Positions 27,290 through 38,226 of a DNA stretch of 64,000 nt are shown piece after piece. A program made the position numbers and the translations under genes. How positions within the stretch are numbered: position 1 is the first letter of the stretch; the number at the start of each line of letters is the position of its first letter. Where the stretch lies: the NCBI RefSeq assembly GCF_006345805.1, contig NC_042999.1:117056001-117120000 (forward strand), in the 5' to 3' direction. The DNA comes from Octopus sinensis. Lineage: Eukaryota. Below the pieces are notes generated by a model. It ran no database searches. It had not been told where the DNA came from and saw only the letters and a program-made list of their open reading frames with translations.

Positions 27290-27564
27290 ACTACCAGATT
27301 ACATTATTATTTACATTATTTACAATTGACGGATATTTGTCCTCATATTGTTTGTTGTTAACACAACATTTTGGCTGATATGCCCTCCAGCCTTCATCAG
27401 GTGTCTTGGGGAAATTTTGAACCTGGGTTTTCATTCCTAAGGTATTTTTCGATGTTATTATTATTATTATTATTATCAATTATTATTATTATTCAGGTCA
27501 CTGCCTGGAATCGAACTCGGAATCTTGGGGTTAGTAGCCCATGCTCTTAACCACTACGCCATAC
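27290..27564 (-). mobile_element. tRNA-headed SINE with a hammerhead-containing tail
   Basis: A box TGGCGTAGTGG (27561-27551), B box GAGTTCGATTCC (27518-27507), (taa)n linker, then hammerhead motif and taaataatg tail repeats. Confidence 0.8.
27361..27408 (-). ncRNA. Type I hammerhead ribozyme motif, probably inactivated (GAAA to AAAA)
   Basis: gacac-CUGAUGA-a-ggcug[gagggcaua u]cagcc-AAAA-ug-UU-gugu; stems I and II pair and CUGAUGA is intact. Confidence 0.7.
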
Positions 27565-27931
27565 CTAACTGAGAGACAAACAAAGGTAATTTTGAACAAA
27601 ATTTTCTCCTCAGAAACACAAGAAAATCACCATCAGATTTGAACACATGATCAAAGAGCAATAGTCCTATACTTTATCCCATTCAGCCAATTCACTTTAC
27701 TGCTTGGAATGGCACTACAGAGCAGTAACAACAATGAAGTTGCTGGTTTCAAGAGTGTATAAAAAAAAAATTGATTGTGTTAGCAAAAACTCTCAATAAT
27801 GACTTCTCAATTTGTAGCCAGTGACATATAACTAGTTGATCAATTAATCATATCACAGCTGAGAACATGACTGGCTTTAGCCAAACAAATAATTACAAGC
27901 AAACAGAAGAAAGAAAGAATGTGTAACTTAC

Positions 27932-27999
27932 AGGGCATAGAATGGCATACACTCGGCCAATACTGTCCAGTGTCTCGCTTCAACCATATTCTCACAGTC
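27932..27999 (-). CDS. WDFY2: WDFY1/2 orthologue, coding exon (exon 2 equivalent, 68 bp)
   Basis: catcag|GACTG...GCCCT|gtaagt; (R)[22 protein letters not shown](S), near-identical to WDFY2 RTVRVWLKRDSGQYWPSV. Confidence 0.97.
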
Positions 28000-30731
28000 C
28001 TGATGAAATAGGTAAAATAGAGTTAATAGAAAGAAAAGAAGGGATATAGAAAAGGAGAGAGTAGAGAGACAGAGAATGAAGGAGTAAAGAACAATAAACA
28101 TACAAATAAAAGAGAGACAAACAAGCTGGAGTAAAGGAGGAAGATATTGAGACAGTTTGTTTTGCTTACTGTAATAAATTCTGAAAGAGAGAAGTTGCCT
28201 ATGTTTAATTTCAAATTTGTTCCCATTTAAACTGTAAAATATGCTGTTGTTGTTGACCATAGTTTATATAAATAGAGCTCCACCTGAACTGAGAAAAATA
28301 GTAGTTATATGGTTACACAACTTGCCAGAAACAGCAACAATCAAATCTCACTAAAATTATATCTGACCACCTTGAAAAATATAGGGGAGAGAGAGACACT
28401 GGATAATATAACCTATGAAATAGATGGAATAGTCTTCACTCAAATGTCTTTCATCATAGGCCTGCTCATCTAAGGTTAAGCATCAACAACAGTATGGTTA
28501 TACACTAACATTTCATGATTTATCTAAAATTCTTTTCACCTAACTTTTGACAATTAAAAAAAATTTTATTTTGTTCAAAGAGAAGTAGCCAAGTCCTATC
28601 TATCAGAGTTAGTACCCATACTACAATGGAGAAAGCAGTTTATTAGTTAGTAACTTTTACTAAAAGAAAGCAATCATTAAGGGTTAGACTGTCTGGAAAA
28701 TTTTCATAAATTCCACTTTTAATATATTCTTGTCAAAATGCGGATTTTGCAACTTCTTCTATCACTGAATATTTCAAATACATGCTTCAATCACAAATGT
28801 TATTCAATGAGTCATATCATTTTACTGCGGGGCAGTACTTTGTAACATCTGTTTATATATCTGGAAATAAATGTCGTCTAATATTTTCAACACTACTTTC
28901 TACAAATTATAAGTTTAATTCAGCATCAACCAAATCTTTTCATATTTGTTGGGTGTTGTTGAAGAAATAGAAAACTGAATAATGAAATTAGCTTTAATTT
29001 ACTTATGTCAACTGGACATTTTGTCTTCATAACTTTCAGGACAGTAGATATTTTTTAGTGAAAATTTCTACAAAAACTTTTCAGATGTCATAGATTACAT
29101 CAAAATTTAATGTGAAATCTAAATGAGGAGGAGATATTTATTCCATGCATCTCAAATTTATTTTCCTCATACATTTTGATGATTTCATAACAATTATGTT
29201 GAAAAAAAAATTACTTTTGAGAACTATTCCACCCTTTCCTGAAAATTCTATGAAAGAAATCTTTGTAGAAAGCAGTGTACAATATGAACATTAATTATTG
29301 AATACATATTTCTTTCAGTATTTTACTGCAATCTTAATTTCTCTCTCTTAAACAGTCTGGAAGGTGGTCTATCCCCTACATGGTTGTTTAGTATGGCTAG
29401 AAATAGAAGGGATCACATGAGTCTCAAAAATAATCTTTATTTTCAACATAACCGTAATTAAATCATTGAAACATTGAGGAAATAAGTTGATATGTGTGAG
29501 ATATCCACCTTCCCCAATTATTTTTTTCCACACTAAATTCCTATATAATTATTATCTAAACCATCAAAAAGTTATTTGTAGAAAATTTCACTAAAAAAAT
29601 TCCCACAAATTCCAATATAATAGGCACAGGTGTAGCTGTGCAGTAAGAAATTTGATTCTCAACCACATGGTTCCAGATTCAGTCCCACTATGTGACACCT
29701 TGGACAAACAAAAGCCTTGTTAGTGGATTTGGTAGATGGATGCTGAAAGAGGCCAGTCATGTGTGTATCCCCACTACCACCACTTGACAAGTGTTGGTTT
29801 GTTTATGTTCTCATAACTCAGCAGATCAGCTAAAGAGATCAAAAGAATAAGTACCAGGCTTATTTGGGCTGATTTGTTTAACTAAAAATTCTAGGCAGTA
29901 CCCCAGCATAACCACAGTCTACTAACTGACATTAGTGAAAGGTAATCATAATCTACCTCATCTGAAGTGTATTTGTAGAAACTTTCATTAATAAATATCC
30001 ATTTTTCAAAAAGTTATGAAGAAAGAAATTTGGTGGGGCACATTTCTGTAGTTATGCCCTAATTTTACTGGTCAAGTAAGTTATTATTAAACAAAAAAAA
30101 AAAGAGGATTCAGAAGAAAATTGGACATAACATAATCAGAAAAATTACACAAACTAAGAATCAAATGTGTAAATTTGATTTAGTAACTAGCAGAAAACTG
30201 CCCAGAGAGCAGTCTTTCTGCTAGTTTTGTAAACTAATTGCTGCTAGTTTTGTCCTGAGAGGAAATGGTGTCACATACAGTTTCAGAAGTGAAACTCAGT
30301 AAAGAAACAGATGGAATGCGCATTGACTAACTACTTCAGTGGAGTAATGCAATAGCTATGGTAGAAGAAACAGAGGATATAGTAATGCACCATCCCAGAT
30401 TTGTATGTAATATTACACTATGATTTTGAAAAGAGAAGCCTTAGATCTTAAGGAAGGAATTAAGGACAAGTTTAAAAATACATTTGTGGCTGACACGAAG
30501 GCTAATAGTTGCAGATACTGTGAAGTTTTTTTTTTTTTTAGTTATGCATCGTTCATGAGTTGAAAGATGGTCATGGTGTTTCCTTGAGTATTTAACAAAG
30601 AGGAGAACAGAAATATGATGTTAAATGGTCTACCAAGACATCTTAGAAATATTATCTTCCTTGAAATAGGCTAAAAGCTAATACCAAATCTGTGTGGAAA
30701 GTTCAGGTCCTCTGAAGTTGGTGAAATTGAT

Positions 30732-30905
30732 GTAAGAAGGTCGGCTGAAAAGTTCATAGGCTGCATAAGATACTTTTATGGAATGTGACTAAATGAGGTT
30801 TACTTTTTAAAATAGTCCCCCTTGTAGTCCACACACTTCTCCTACTGGTAATGCCATGCTTGGATCCTATTGGTGAAGGAACTTTCATCCTGTCACTCAA
30901 AAATG
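30732..30905 (-). mobile_element. mariner 3' fragment with TIR
   Basis: QDESSFTNRIQAWHYQ*EKCVDYKGDYFKK* followed by TIR gaacttttcagccgaccttctta. Confidence 0.75.
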
Positions 30906-31484
30906 TCATCAGCACTGTTACAGGGACGTAAACACACCAACACTGGTTACCAAGCAGTGATGGGGGACAAACATAGACACAACACACACAAAGTGCTTCT
31001 TTCAGTTTCTCTCAACCAAATCCACTTATAAGGTTTTGGTCGGCCTGAGGCTATAGTAGAAGACACTTGCCCAAAGTGCCATGCAGTGGGACTGAACCCA
31101 GAACCATGTGGTTGGGAAGCAAGCTACTTACCACACAGCCACAGAAGAAAGAACTTACAAGTAAGAGAAGGTTTCAATAAAGAAATTAGTTGTAAGAAAC
31201 AGGAACTACAACTTATTTAACACAAAATCAATCCTGATTTGTCAAATGTATGACATGAACCAGTTTCTCTCTTCCTTTTCTTTTTCTCCCTAGAGACAAC
31301 ACAATGTATCAAGAACTACATTATCCAATGTATTTTTCCATTTTTAAAACAGCACATTGAAATTTTAGGAAGATTTGATATCTATTTCTAGCAAAACTTA
31401 TAGATTTCCTTCTTTAGTTCATAGGACCAACAGTACATGAAGAACATTTTAAAGACTAGTATGTTATTCTGCATTCATTCTGTT

Positions 31485-32611
31485 ATACAAGACATAAGAC
31501 AAAGCTAAGGAAAATGCTACAGACACAGTAAAAACAGAGAAAGTGGTTCTTCTACCCACTTATTTGGGAAGAAGGACTTCAAGGATTAGGGTGGAGGGAA
31601 TTCCACTGGAAATTGATGTGGATTGGATCTTGGCAGCTGTTCTGGGAAGTGAGGAAGAAGTAGCTGTCCTCCAAGCCACAAAGAAGGAAGGCTCGGTTTG
31701 GAAAGGAAAAACAATGGATCTGATTGTACAGGCTGCAGTGGAGACACTCGAAAATTTAGTGGAGATAGTATCAATCAGAGATATGGTGTTGAAAGTGTGG
31801 GTGGAGGGCAGGACTCCTCACTGCTTTAAACGTGGCCCAAAAGGCCACATTAGAGCACACTGCCCTCTGCAAATGTAGGCTCCAGAAAGGATGGACAAGA
31901 GGCTGGAAAAGAAGCAAGAGGAGGAAAAGGAAAGAAAGGAAGAATGGAAAATTGCAGAAGGAAGACGGAAAAAAGGTGAAACGAACAGTGTTATGTGGAA
32001 CCCCAAACCTCACCCACCTCACCATTACTCTCTGAGACCCACCCCCTCCCTACAGATACCGAACCCACCCATCCCCCTCCTATACAATCCAAAAAAAAAA
32101 AGAAATGCAATCACAACAAAGTACAAAGTATTCCCTTCCCTGTGAAGTAAATTATGTTTGTATACTGACAGACAACGAGAATAAGGAACTAATTTGGAAA
32201 GTAACAGGTTGGAAGATGGCAAAAATGGTATATACAGAAGGATATAACACAATAGGGTGGCACATGGGTGTGCTGCTTTCAGAAAAGCAGATAGAAGAGG
32301 TGAAAAATTACAAAATAAGTTTTAAGTTTTGGAAGATCAATACAGACATTAAAAGGATACCGGACAACATAAGGTATGAGAAACTATTGGTGAAATTTGG
32401 TGTTGATGTGGTAAAAAGACTCCCAAGGAAGTAAGTGATGCTGCTTGAGGTGGGGAAAGCAGCACATTTCCATTTTCTCAATCTCGTTATTCATTCATAC
32501 TATCATATTTATAACTTTATTTGAATTTTATTTTAATTATTTTGTGTTATATGTCCCCACATGTGTTTGTGTTGTCCCCTCTTTGTTAGGCCCCTTGTGG
32601 GAAATAAAGAA
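31485..32611 (+). mobile_element. ORF1(gag)-only Tx1/L1-type retroelement, copy A (5' truncated)
   Basis: VVLLPTYLGRRTSRIRVEGIP...SVWKGKT...LKVWVEGRTPHCFKRGPKGHIRAHCP (RRM-like region plus CCHC knuckle, one C>R), K/E-rich and P-rich linker, unknown C-terminal domain (32150-32434), then 3' UTR ending gccccttgtgggaaataaagaa; no RT or EN. Confidence 0.8.
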
Positions 32612-32633
32612 ACAATGGTTTCTTCAATGTTTG

Positions 32634-34274
32634 TATATTTATACTTTGCTTTTTGTACTGGTGTTTTATTCTTTTGAACATGTTGTGCTGCTTTGCTGCA
32701 GTTTGTTTGTGGTTTGTTTGTGCTTTCTCTTCTCGTGAAAGGAGAAGTAGCTTAGTAAAAACATATCTGTAGAAGATTATGGCTTCTCAGACATATTGTC
32801 GCTGGAAGAGGAATTGTTGGAGGCGGTTTGGTAGATGGACAATCAATTGAAGGGGAAGAGGAATTTTGCCAATGTGGCAAAATGCCAGAAGGAAATGGAT
32901 ATCGGAAAATTTGGAAGGTATAAAGATTTATTAAGTTGGGATGGTTTTGAGGTGAAGCTGTCCCCCACCACAAGTGACACATAATAACAATAGGAAACAA
33001 TAACGTACTGAACCTTTTCAATAAGTAAAGGAAAAATTGACATTGTGACTACAGACCAGGTAGAAAAGGCTATGAGACCGATATGGAGCGATATTGTGTA
33101 CCTCGCAAGAGGTTTGATGTTTGGAGTAGTGGTGGTGAGGTCCAAGGACATAGCAACAGCAAGGAAACAAGCAGCGACATCCATCAAGAGTGAAGAAGTG
33201 GTGTTTCTGCCCACTTACCGAGGATTAAGAGCAACAAGAATCAGTGTAGAAGGAATTCCACCAGCGAGACAAATGTGGCCTGGGTAGCAAACACTGTCTT
33301 TCTTGGAAACGAGGACAACATAGTGGTTATCCAGGCCAGAAAAAAAAGAAAGCATGATATGGAAGGGACAAACACTGAACCTGATTCTTCAAGGATCAAC
33401 CAAGACTCTGGAAAATATCAGAGTCAATAATTATGGATGATGTGATAATGACGGTCCAGGTGGAGGGCAGAGTCCCCAGCTGCTTTAAATGTGACCCAAA
33501 GGACCACATTAGACCAAAAAAGCAGAGAAGTGACTGAAGAATATGGAGGAGCAAAAGGAAGAGAGGTTGGAGAGTTCCAGAAAAGAGGACGAAGTAGTAG
33601 CAATGAAGGACAAGTGGGAAAAAGTCACTGAAAGAAAGAGAAAGCAAGTGTTTTGAACTCTAAACCTCAACCCACACCCTCTCAGACCCACCCTCCCCCC
33701 ACAGACACCAAGCCTACTCATTCCTCTCCGACACAAAAACAAAAGAAAAAGAAAACAAGTACACACAAAACCCCTCAAACTCCCTCCAGCCAGACAGAAA
33801 AGAAAAAATGTATTGTAATAATGTATGATGATTCAAATGAGGAATTATGTAAGGAGGTAATGACATGGGAAGAGTGTAAAAAATGGAAACAGAGGGGTAT
33901 GACAATGTTAAGAGGTGGAACCAATGTGTGGTAACCACAGAGGAACAAAAGGTGAGGTTAACAAGGCATGAAAGTGGATATGATTGGTGGGAAGTGGAAC
34001 TTGATTGGAACAAACTACCAGACCTTTTAACATAAGAAAAATTGTTGGAAAAGCATGGTGTAGACAATTTTGAAGGTTCAAGGTATAAGAGATGTTAGAA
34101 GGCAGAAATGGAGTTGCTCAGAGGTGGGGCTGAGTAGTTTCATTGCATTTTCTCATTTTCATTATCATCATGTTCTCATATGTTGATTTGATTTTTTGAC
34201 CTTTTCTTTCTTTTTTTGTTTTGTGCCCCCATGTATTGTCCCGGCTGTGTTAGCCCCTTGTGTGCAATAAAGAA
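32634..34274 (+). mobile_element. ORF1(gag)-only Tx1/L1-type retroelement, copy B (full length, 22/23-bp TSD)
   Basis: T-rich 5' UTR with hairpin cttctc-gtgaaag-gagaag (32729-32747); broken ORF ~32770-34098 with KRNFANVAK, VFLPTYRGLRATRISVEGIPP, VQVEGRVPSCFKCDPKDHIR and the same C-terminal domain as copy A; flanked by acaatggtttcttcaatgtttg (32612-32633) and acaatggtttctttcaaggtttg (34275-34297). Confidence 0.82.
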
Positions 34275-36675
34275 ACAATGGTTTCTTTCAAGGTTTGAAG
34301 AGAAGTCTTTAACTTAGTTTTTAATGAAATGACAATATAGAAAACATAAATGAAAACAAGAGTATTTTGTCTTTGGACGAATCCGATACTGATATTAGTG
34401 AATATTCGTTGGACGAGGAAGATATTGAGAACAAAAGTGATAAAAATGGTATGACAACATTGTCAAAGACTACAACACCAATTACTATTCTTGATTTTAC
34501 AGAAAACACTGGTCCACAACACAATTTACCTCTTGATGCTCAACCATTGGACTACTTATTTTTATTTTTACTAGGAAGTTTTTTTTGAAAATGTTATGGA
34601 GGAAACAAACAACTATGCACAATGTATAATTTCTATTCATGGAAGAAACAATCCACTATGTCAGCCAATTTATACTGTGTAAATGAGAGCGTTTTTCACA
34701 ATCAATATTATGTTTGGTGTTAAACAGCTTCCTCAACCGTGGAACTACTGGAGTCCTGATAGATATCTCAAGTATAAGACAAGGTATTCGAAAATATCTC
34801 AGTATTTACATTTAATTGATTCTGTTAATGCCCCCAGCAAAAACGATCCACACTACAATCCCTTGTACAAAGTATGTCCTGTAATTGATTTACTCCTTAA
34901 TAGTTATAAAACTGTGTATGTACCTGAGAAAAATCTCAGTGTAGATGAAGCCATGATAGTCTATAAGGGCAGAGTACATTTTTGGCAGTACATGCCTGCC
35001 AAAGCCACTAAATGAGGGATCAAGGTATGGGAGGTTTGTGAATCAGACACTGGATATTGTATAAACTTTGATGTTTACACAGGTAAAAAATATAATGGGA
35101 ACAGACCATATGGATAGGGACATGATGTAGTACGTTCTCTTACTGAACCATTTCACCATCAGCACTGACACTGCTAGTTTGAATGTTATTTTTTCTTCAC
35201 TGGCTTTGGCAGAAAATCTTGCCCATGTAAGTACTTACATGTGCAGTACTGTTATGGGCAGCTGTAAAGGTTTACCCCGTGAAATGAAAACAAAATTTAT
35301 AAAAAAGAGGGGTCATTTTACAAATGCAAAAGGAAAATTTATTAGTTACTGCTTTCAAACACAAAAGACAGATTTTATTTCTGTCTACTAATGAACAACT
35401 TGGTATTGGTGCTGAGGAGAAATCCCTAGTGAATAGTTATAACAAATATATGGGTGGGGTTAATAAATCTGACCAATATTGAGCACATTACCCTGTTGGT
35501 CAACCTGGGAAGAAATCATGGAGGTATATTTTATAGTTTTTTTAGTTAATTTAATTACAGTTAATTCATATATTGTATATGTAAAAAGCCACAAGGTACC
35601 TCCACCACCAAAGGACTATGACCATTTGAAATTTCGGTTGACATTGATTCTCAGTTATGTGAGGGCTTTTCTTCTAGAAAGCACACAACTGGGAGAAAAG
35701 CAAAATTAACTGAAGTGGGTGTCAACAGAGAAAATATTGACTTTCATAACATCAAAAAGATAAATGGTAAAGAAACGGTTTGCAGACTGTGTTCGCTGCT
35801 AAAAAGAAAAACTGCAAAAGGGTATCAGATCAAGACTTCGTATATGTGTTTCTTTTGCAAAGTGCTTTTGTGTAAAAGGTGCTTGGGCAGTTTCATGACA
35901 GAAATATGTCATAACTATATTATTTTATCATATATTCCTTTTCATTTTATTATAAATAATATGTGAAAGTGAGAAATACATATAAATTTTCAATATGTTA
36001 CACACCTGTATTCACCTTTATCTCACCTGTTAATGAGCTTTTTTTATTAGATGCATTCTGTTATGTAAATGAATTCATTAAATTGTATAAGAGTACATAG
36101 CCAATGGTGTATTGACTAGTAAAAGAGTTTTGTACTTCATTTTCAATGAAATACAGAGAAAGAATAAAATCTTGTACCAGTTACACCGGTATTTTAATTA
36201 ATTCAAATTTAAAAAAGCTCATTAACAGGTGAGACAAAGGTGGATACAGGTGTGTAACATACTGAAAATTAATATGTATTTCTCACTTTCACATATTATC
36301 TTGAAAAATGTAAAATTGTTTCCATTATATTTTTTAAATGTGTAAACATCAAATAATTTTAGTAACAAATGAAACAGGTAAGATATATTAAGAAAATGAA
36401 TTTTAGTGTTTATTCCTAATGTTATTGTTTCTACACCTGTAAATTAAATTTACCTGCCCATAGAAGTCAAATTTAATTAGAAAGATCAGCTAAAATTATG
36501 TAACTATAAACCACTGGCATATAAGCACCCATTTACAAAATTTCAAATCTGTATGTAGAAAATTAACAAGTTACAAGCAAATATTGTGGAAACCCCACTT
36601 AAACCTGAATAAATCAAACAATGTGAACAGATAAGCCTTACATTTGACAAATTCATCTGAACACTAAAGGGTTAA
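34275..36675 (+). mobile_element. Dead piggyBac (PGBD4-like) transposon; left TIR missing, right TIR plus TTAA present
   Basis: Probable ATG at 34278; acidic N-terminus; FTENTGP..LPLDAQPLDY; LYKVCPVIDLL; NLSVDEAMIVYKGR; YNKYMGGVNKSDQ (D>N); C-terminal CRLC...MCFFCKVLLCKRC; terminus ...tctgaacactaaagggTTAA. Confidence 0.93.
35957..36300. repeat. ~90-bp inverted repeat (foldback) in the piggyBac 3' region
   Basis: ataatatgtgaaagtgagaaatac...ttaatgagctttttt (35957-36045) vs aaaaaagctcattaac...tctcactttcacatattat (36210-36299). Confidence 0.9.
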
Positions 36676-37987
36676 AGCTTCTGTAGACTCCTGTTTTACA
36701 GCTTTGTAAATCAAATCAAAGAAGAACAAAGTATTTTGCTGAGGACCACATTGAAATGCTAGTGATGCATTTGAATTGAGGATCCATGAGAAGACAGCCC
36801 CAAAACTAAGCAGTTTTGAACTGTTGCCTCTATCAGTGGAAATCTAGATATAACAGTATTTTACTAGGCAAAATACCAATCAGTCACTTGTTGAAAATCT
36901 GATTTTTTTAAAAATGTAAACAAGTTAGAAAGAGAAGTTACTCATCAGACTAGAAGTAATATTGATTATGCTTAATGTACAGAGGTCATGCTCTGTATCT
37001 ATCTTAATTAATTGGTCTGGATGGCTTTAACGTTATTGAGCCATTGCAGCAATGTTAAGTCATAAGATAACATCGGAGAGAGAGTGAGACAGATTATCAT
37101 TAATATTATCAAACATTCACAAATGGCATACAGATGAGATAGAGCCCCCACTACTGAACTTAGGCACAAATTTCACCGATTTGTTTTCTTTCGTAATCAA
37201 TAAATCACATTTAATCTGTTGAAATAATTAACCATAGAAATGCTTCTTTGCCAAGAATAATTATTGCTTCTTAAATACTAAAATACACATTTTCAAAATG
37301 ATACTAAGTTTAAAGGAAGCCCTAATATGTGTAGCACTGTCTGTTGCTGATTCAATCAAGTTTCCTCTTGAGAGTAAAGGGGTATATGTTACTCATTATC
37401 ATATACTAACTTAACTGTAATAACCTTGATAGATTAGATGATGATGATGATGATAAATTTCTAATATAGAGGTAAGGCCACATATTTGGAGAGATGTGTA
37501 TAGTTAGTTAAATTAATCCAATGTGCTGGACTGGTACTTATTTCATCAATGCCAGAAAAATGAAAAGCAAAGCTGATCTTAATGAGATTCAGATTCCAAA
37601 TATCCTTATTCATCTCTCCATATAGAAGATAACTATGACATCACTATTGGATTGGTTGGGGAGTGATTACAAATCAATATGTAGGCAGCCCAAAACATTC
37701 TCAGTATCCTCAACTTATTTACTCCTAGCTTGCTCAGAAGTTACACTGCAATATGAGGTTGTGCTAGATAAATATCTCAAAAGTAAGATTCTCCCAGGAT
37801 TCTGGATTGACCTTGAAGTCTTTTAGGGAGACCTCAAGAATACTCTACACACCAAGTGAATGTTCCCTCACTTACCAAAAACAAAAAAAGTTTCCGCAGT
37901 TCTGGCATTGTGGTCAGGCAGTGCATGCTTCATGATTGAGAAACCTGTGTTTGAGATGTTGTCCTGCCAATTAATGTACAGCATTCT

Positions 37988-38226
37988 AATTTCTTTATTG
38001 CCCACAAGGGGCTAAACATAGAGGGGACAAACACGGACAGACAAAGGGATTTAGTTGATTACATCGACCCCAGTGCGTAACTGGTACTTAATTTATCAAC
38101 CCCAAAAGGATGAAAGGCAAAGTCGACCTTGGCGGAATTTGAACTTAGAATGTAACAGTAGACGAAATACTGCTAAGCATTTCACATGGCCTGCTAATGT
38201 TTCTGCCAGCTCACAGTCTTTCACAG
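37988..38226 (-). mobile_element. Young family-1 SINE with Tx1-like 3' tail
   Basis: Exact 15-bp TSD aatgtacagcattct at 37973-37987 and 38227-38241; tail ttgtcccctctatgtttagccccttgtgggcaataaagaaa. Confidence 0.92.

Noticed and set aside
27494-27564. Intact tRNA gene
   Set aside because: A and B boxes are present, but there is no clean cloverleaf or acceptor stem and it is fused to a SINE body.
28700-29320. Possible Helitron helicase or transposase relic
   Set aside because: Only vague motif echoes with many stops; not supportable.
34277-34291. Target motif resembling the U5 snRNA 5' end (tggtttctcttca)
   Set aside because: The match is short and gapped; the motif is better explained as the piggyBac start-codon region.
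37780-37950. Possible third ORF1 remnant (…QFWHCGQAVH…)
   Set aside because: The knuckle is incomplete and no other motif aligns with copies A or B.
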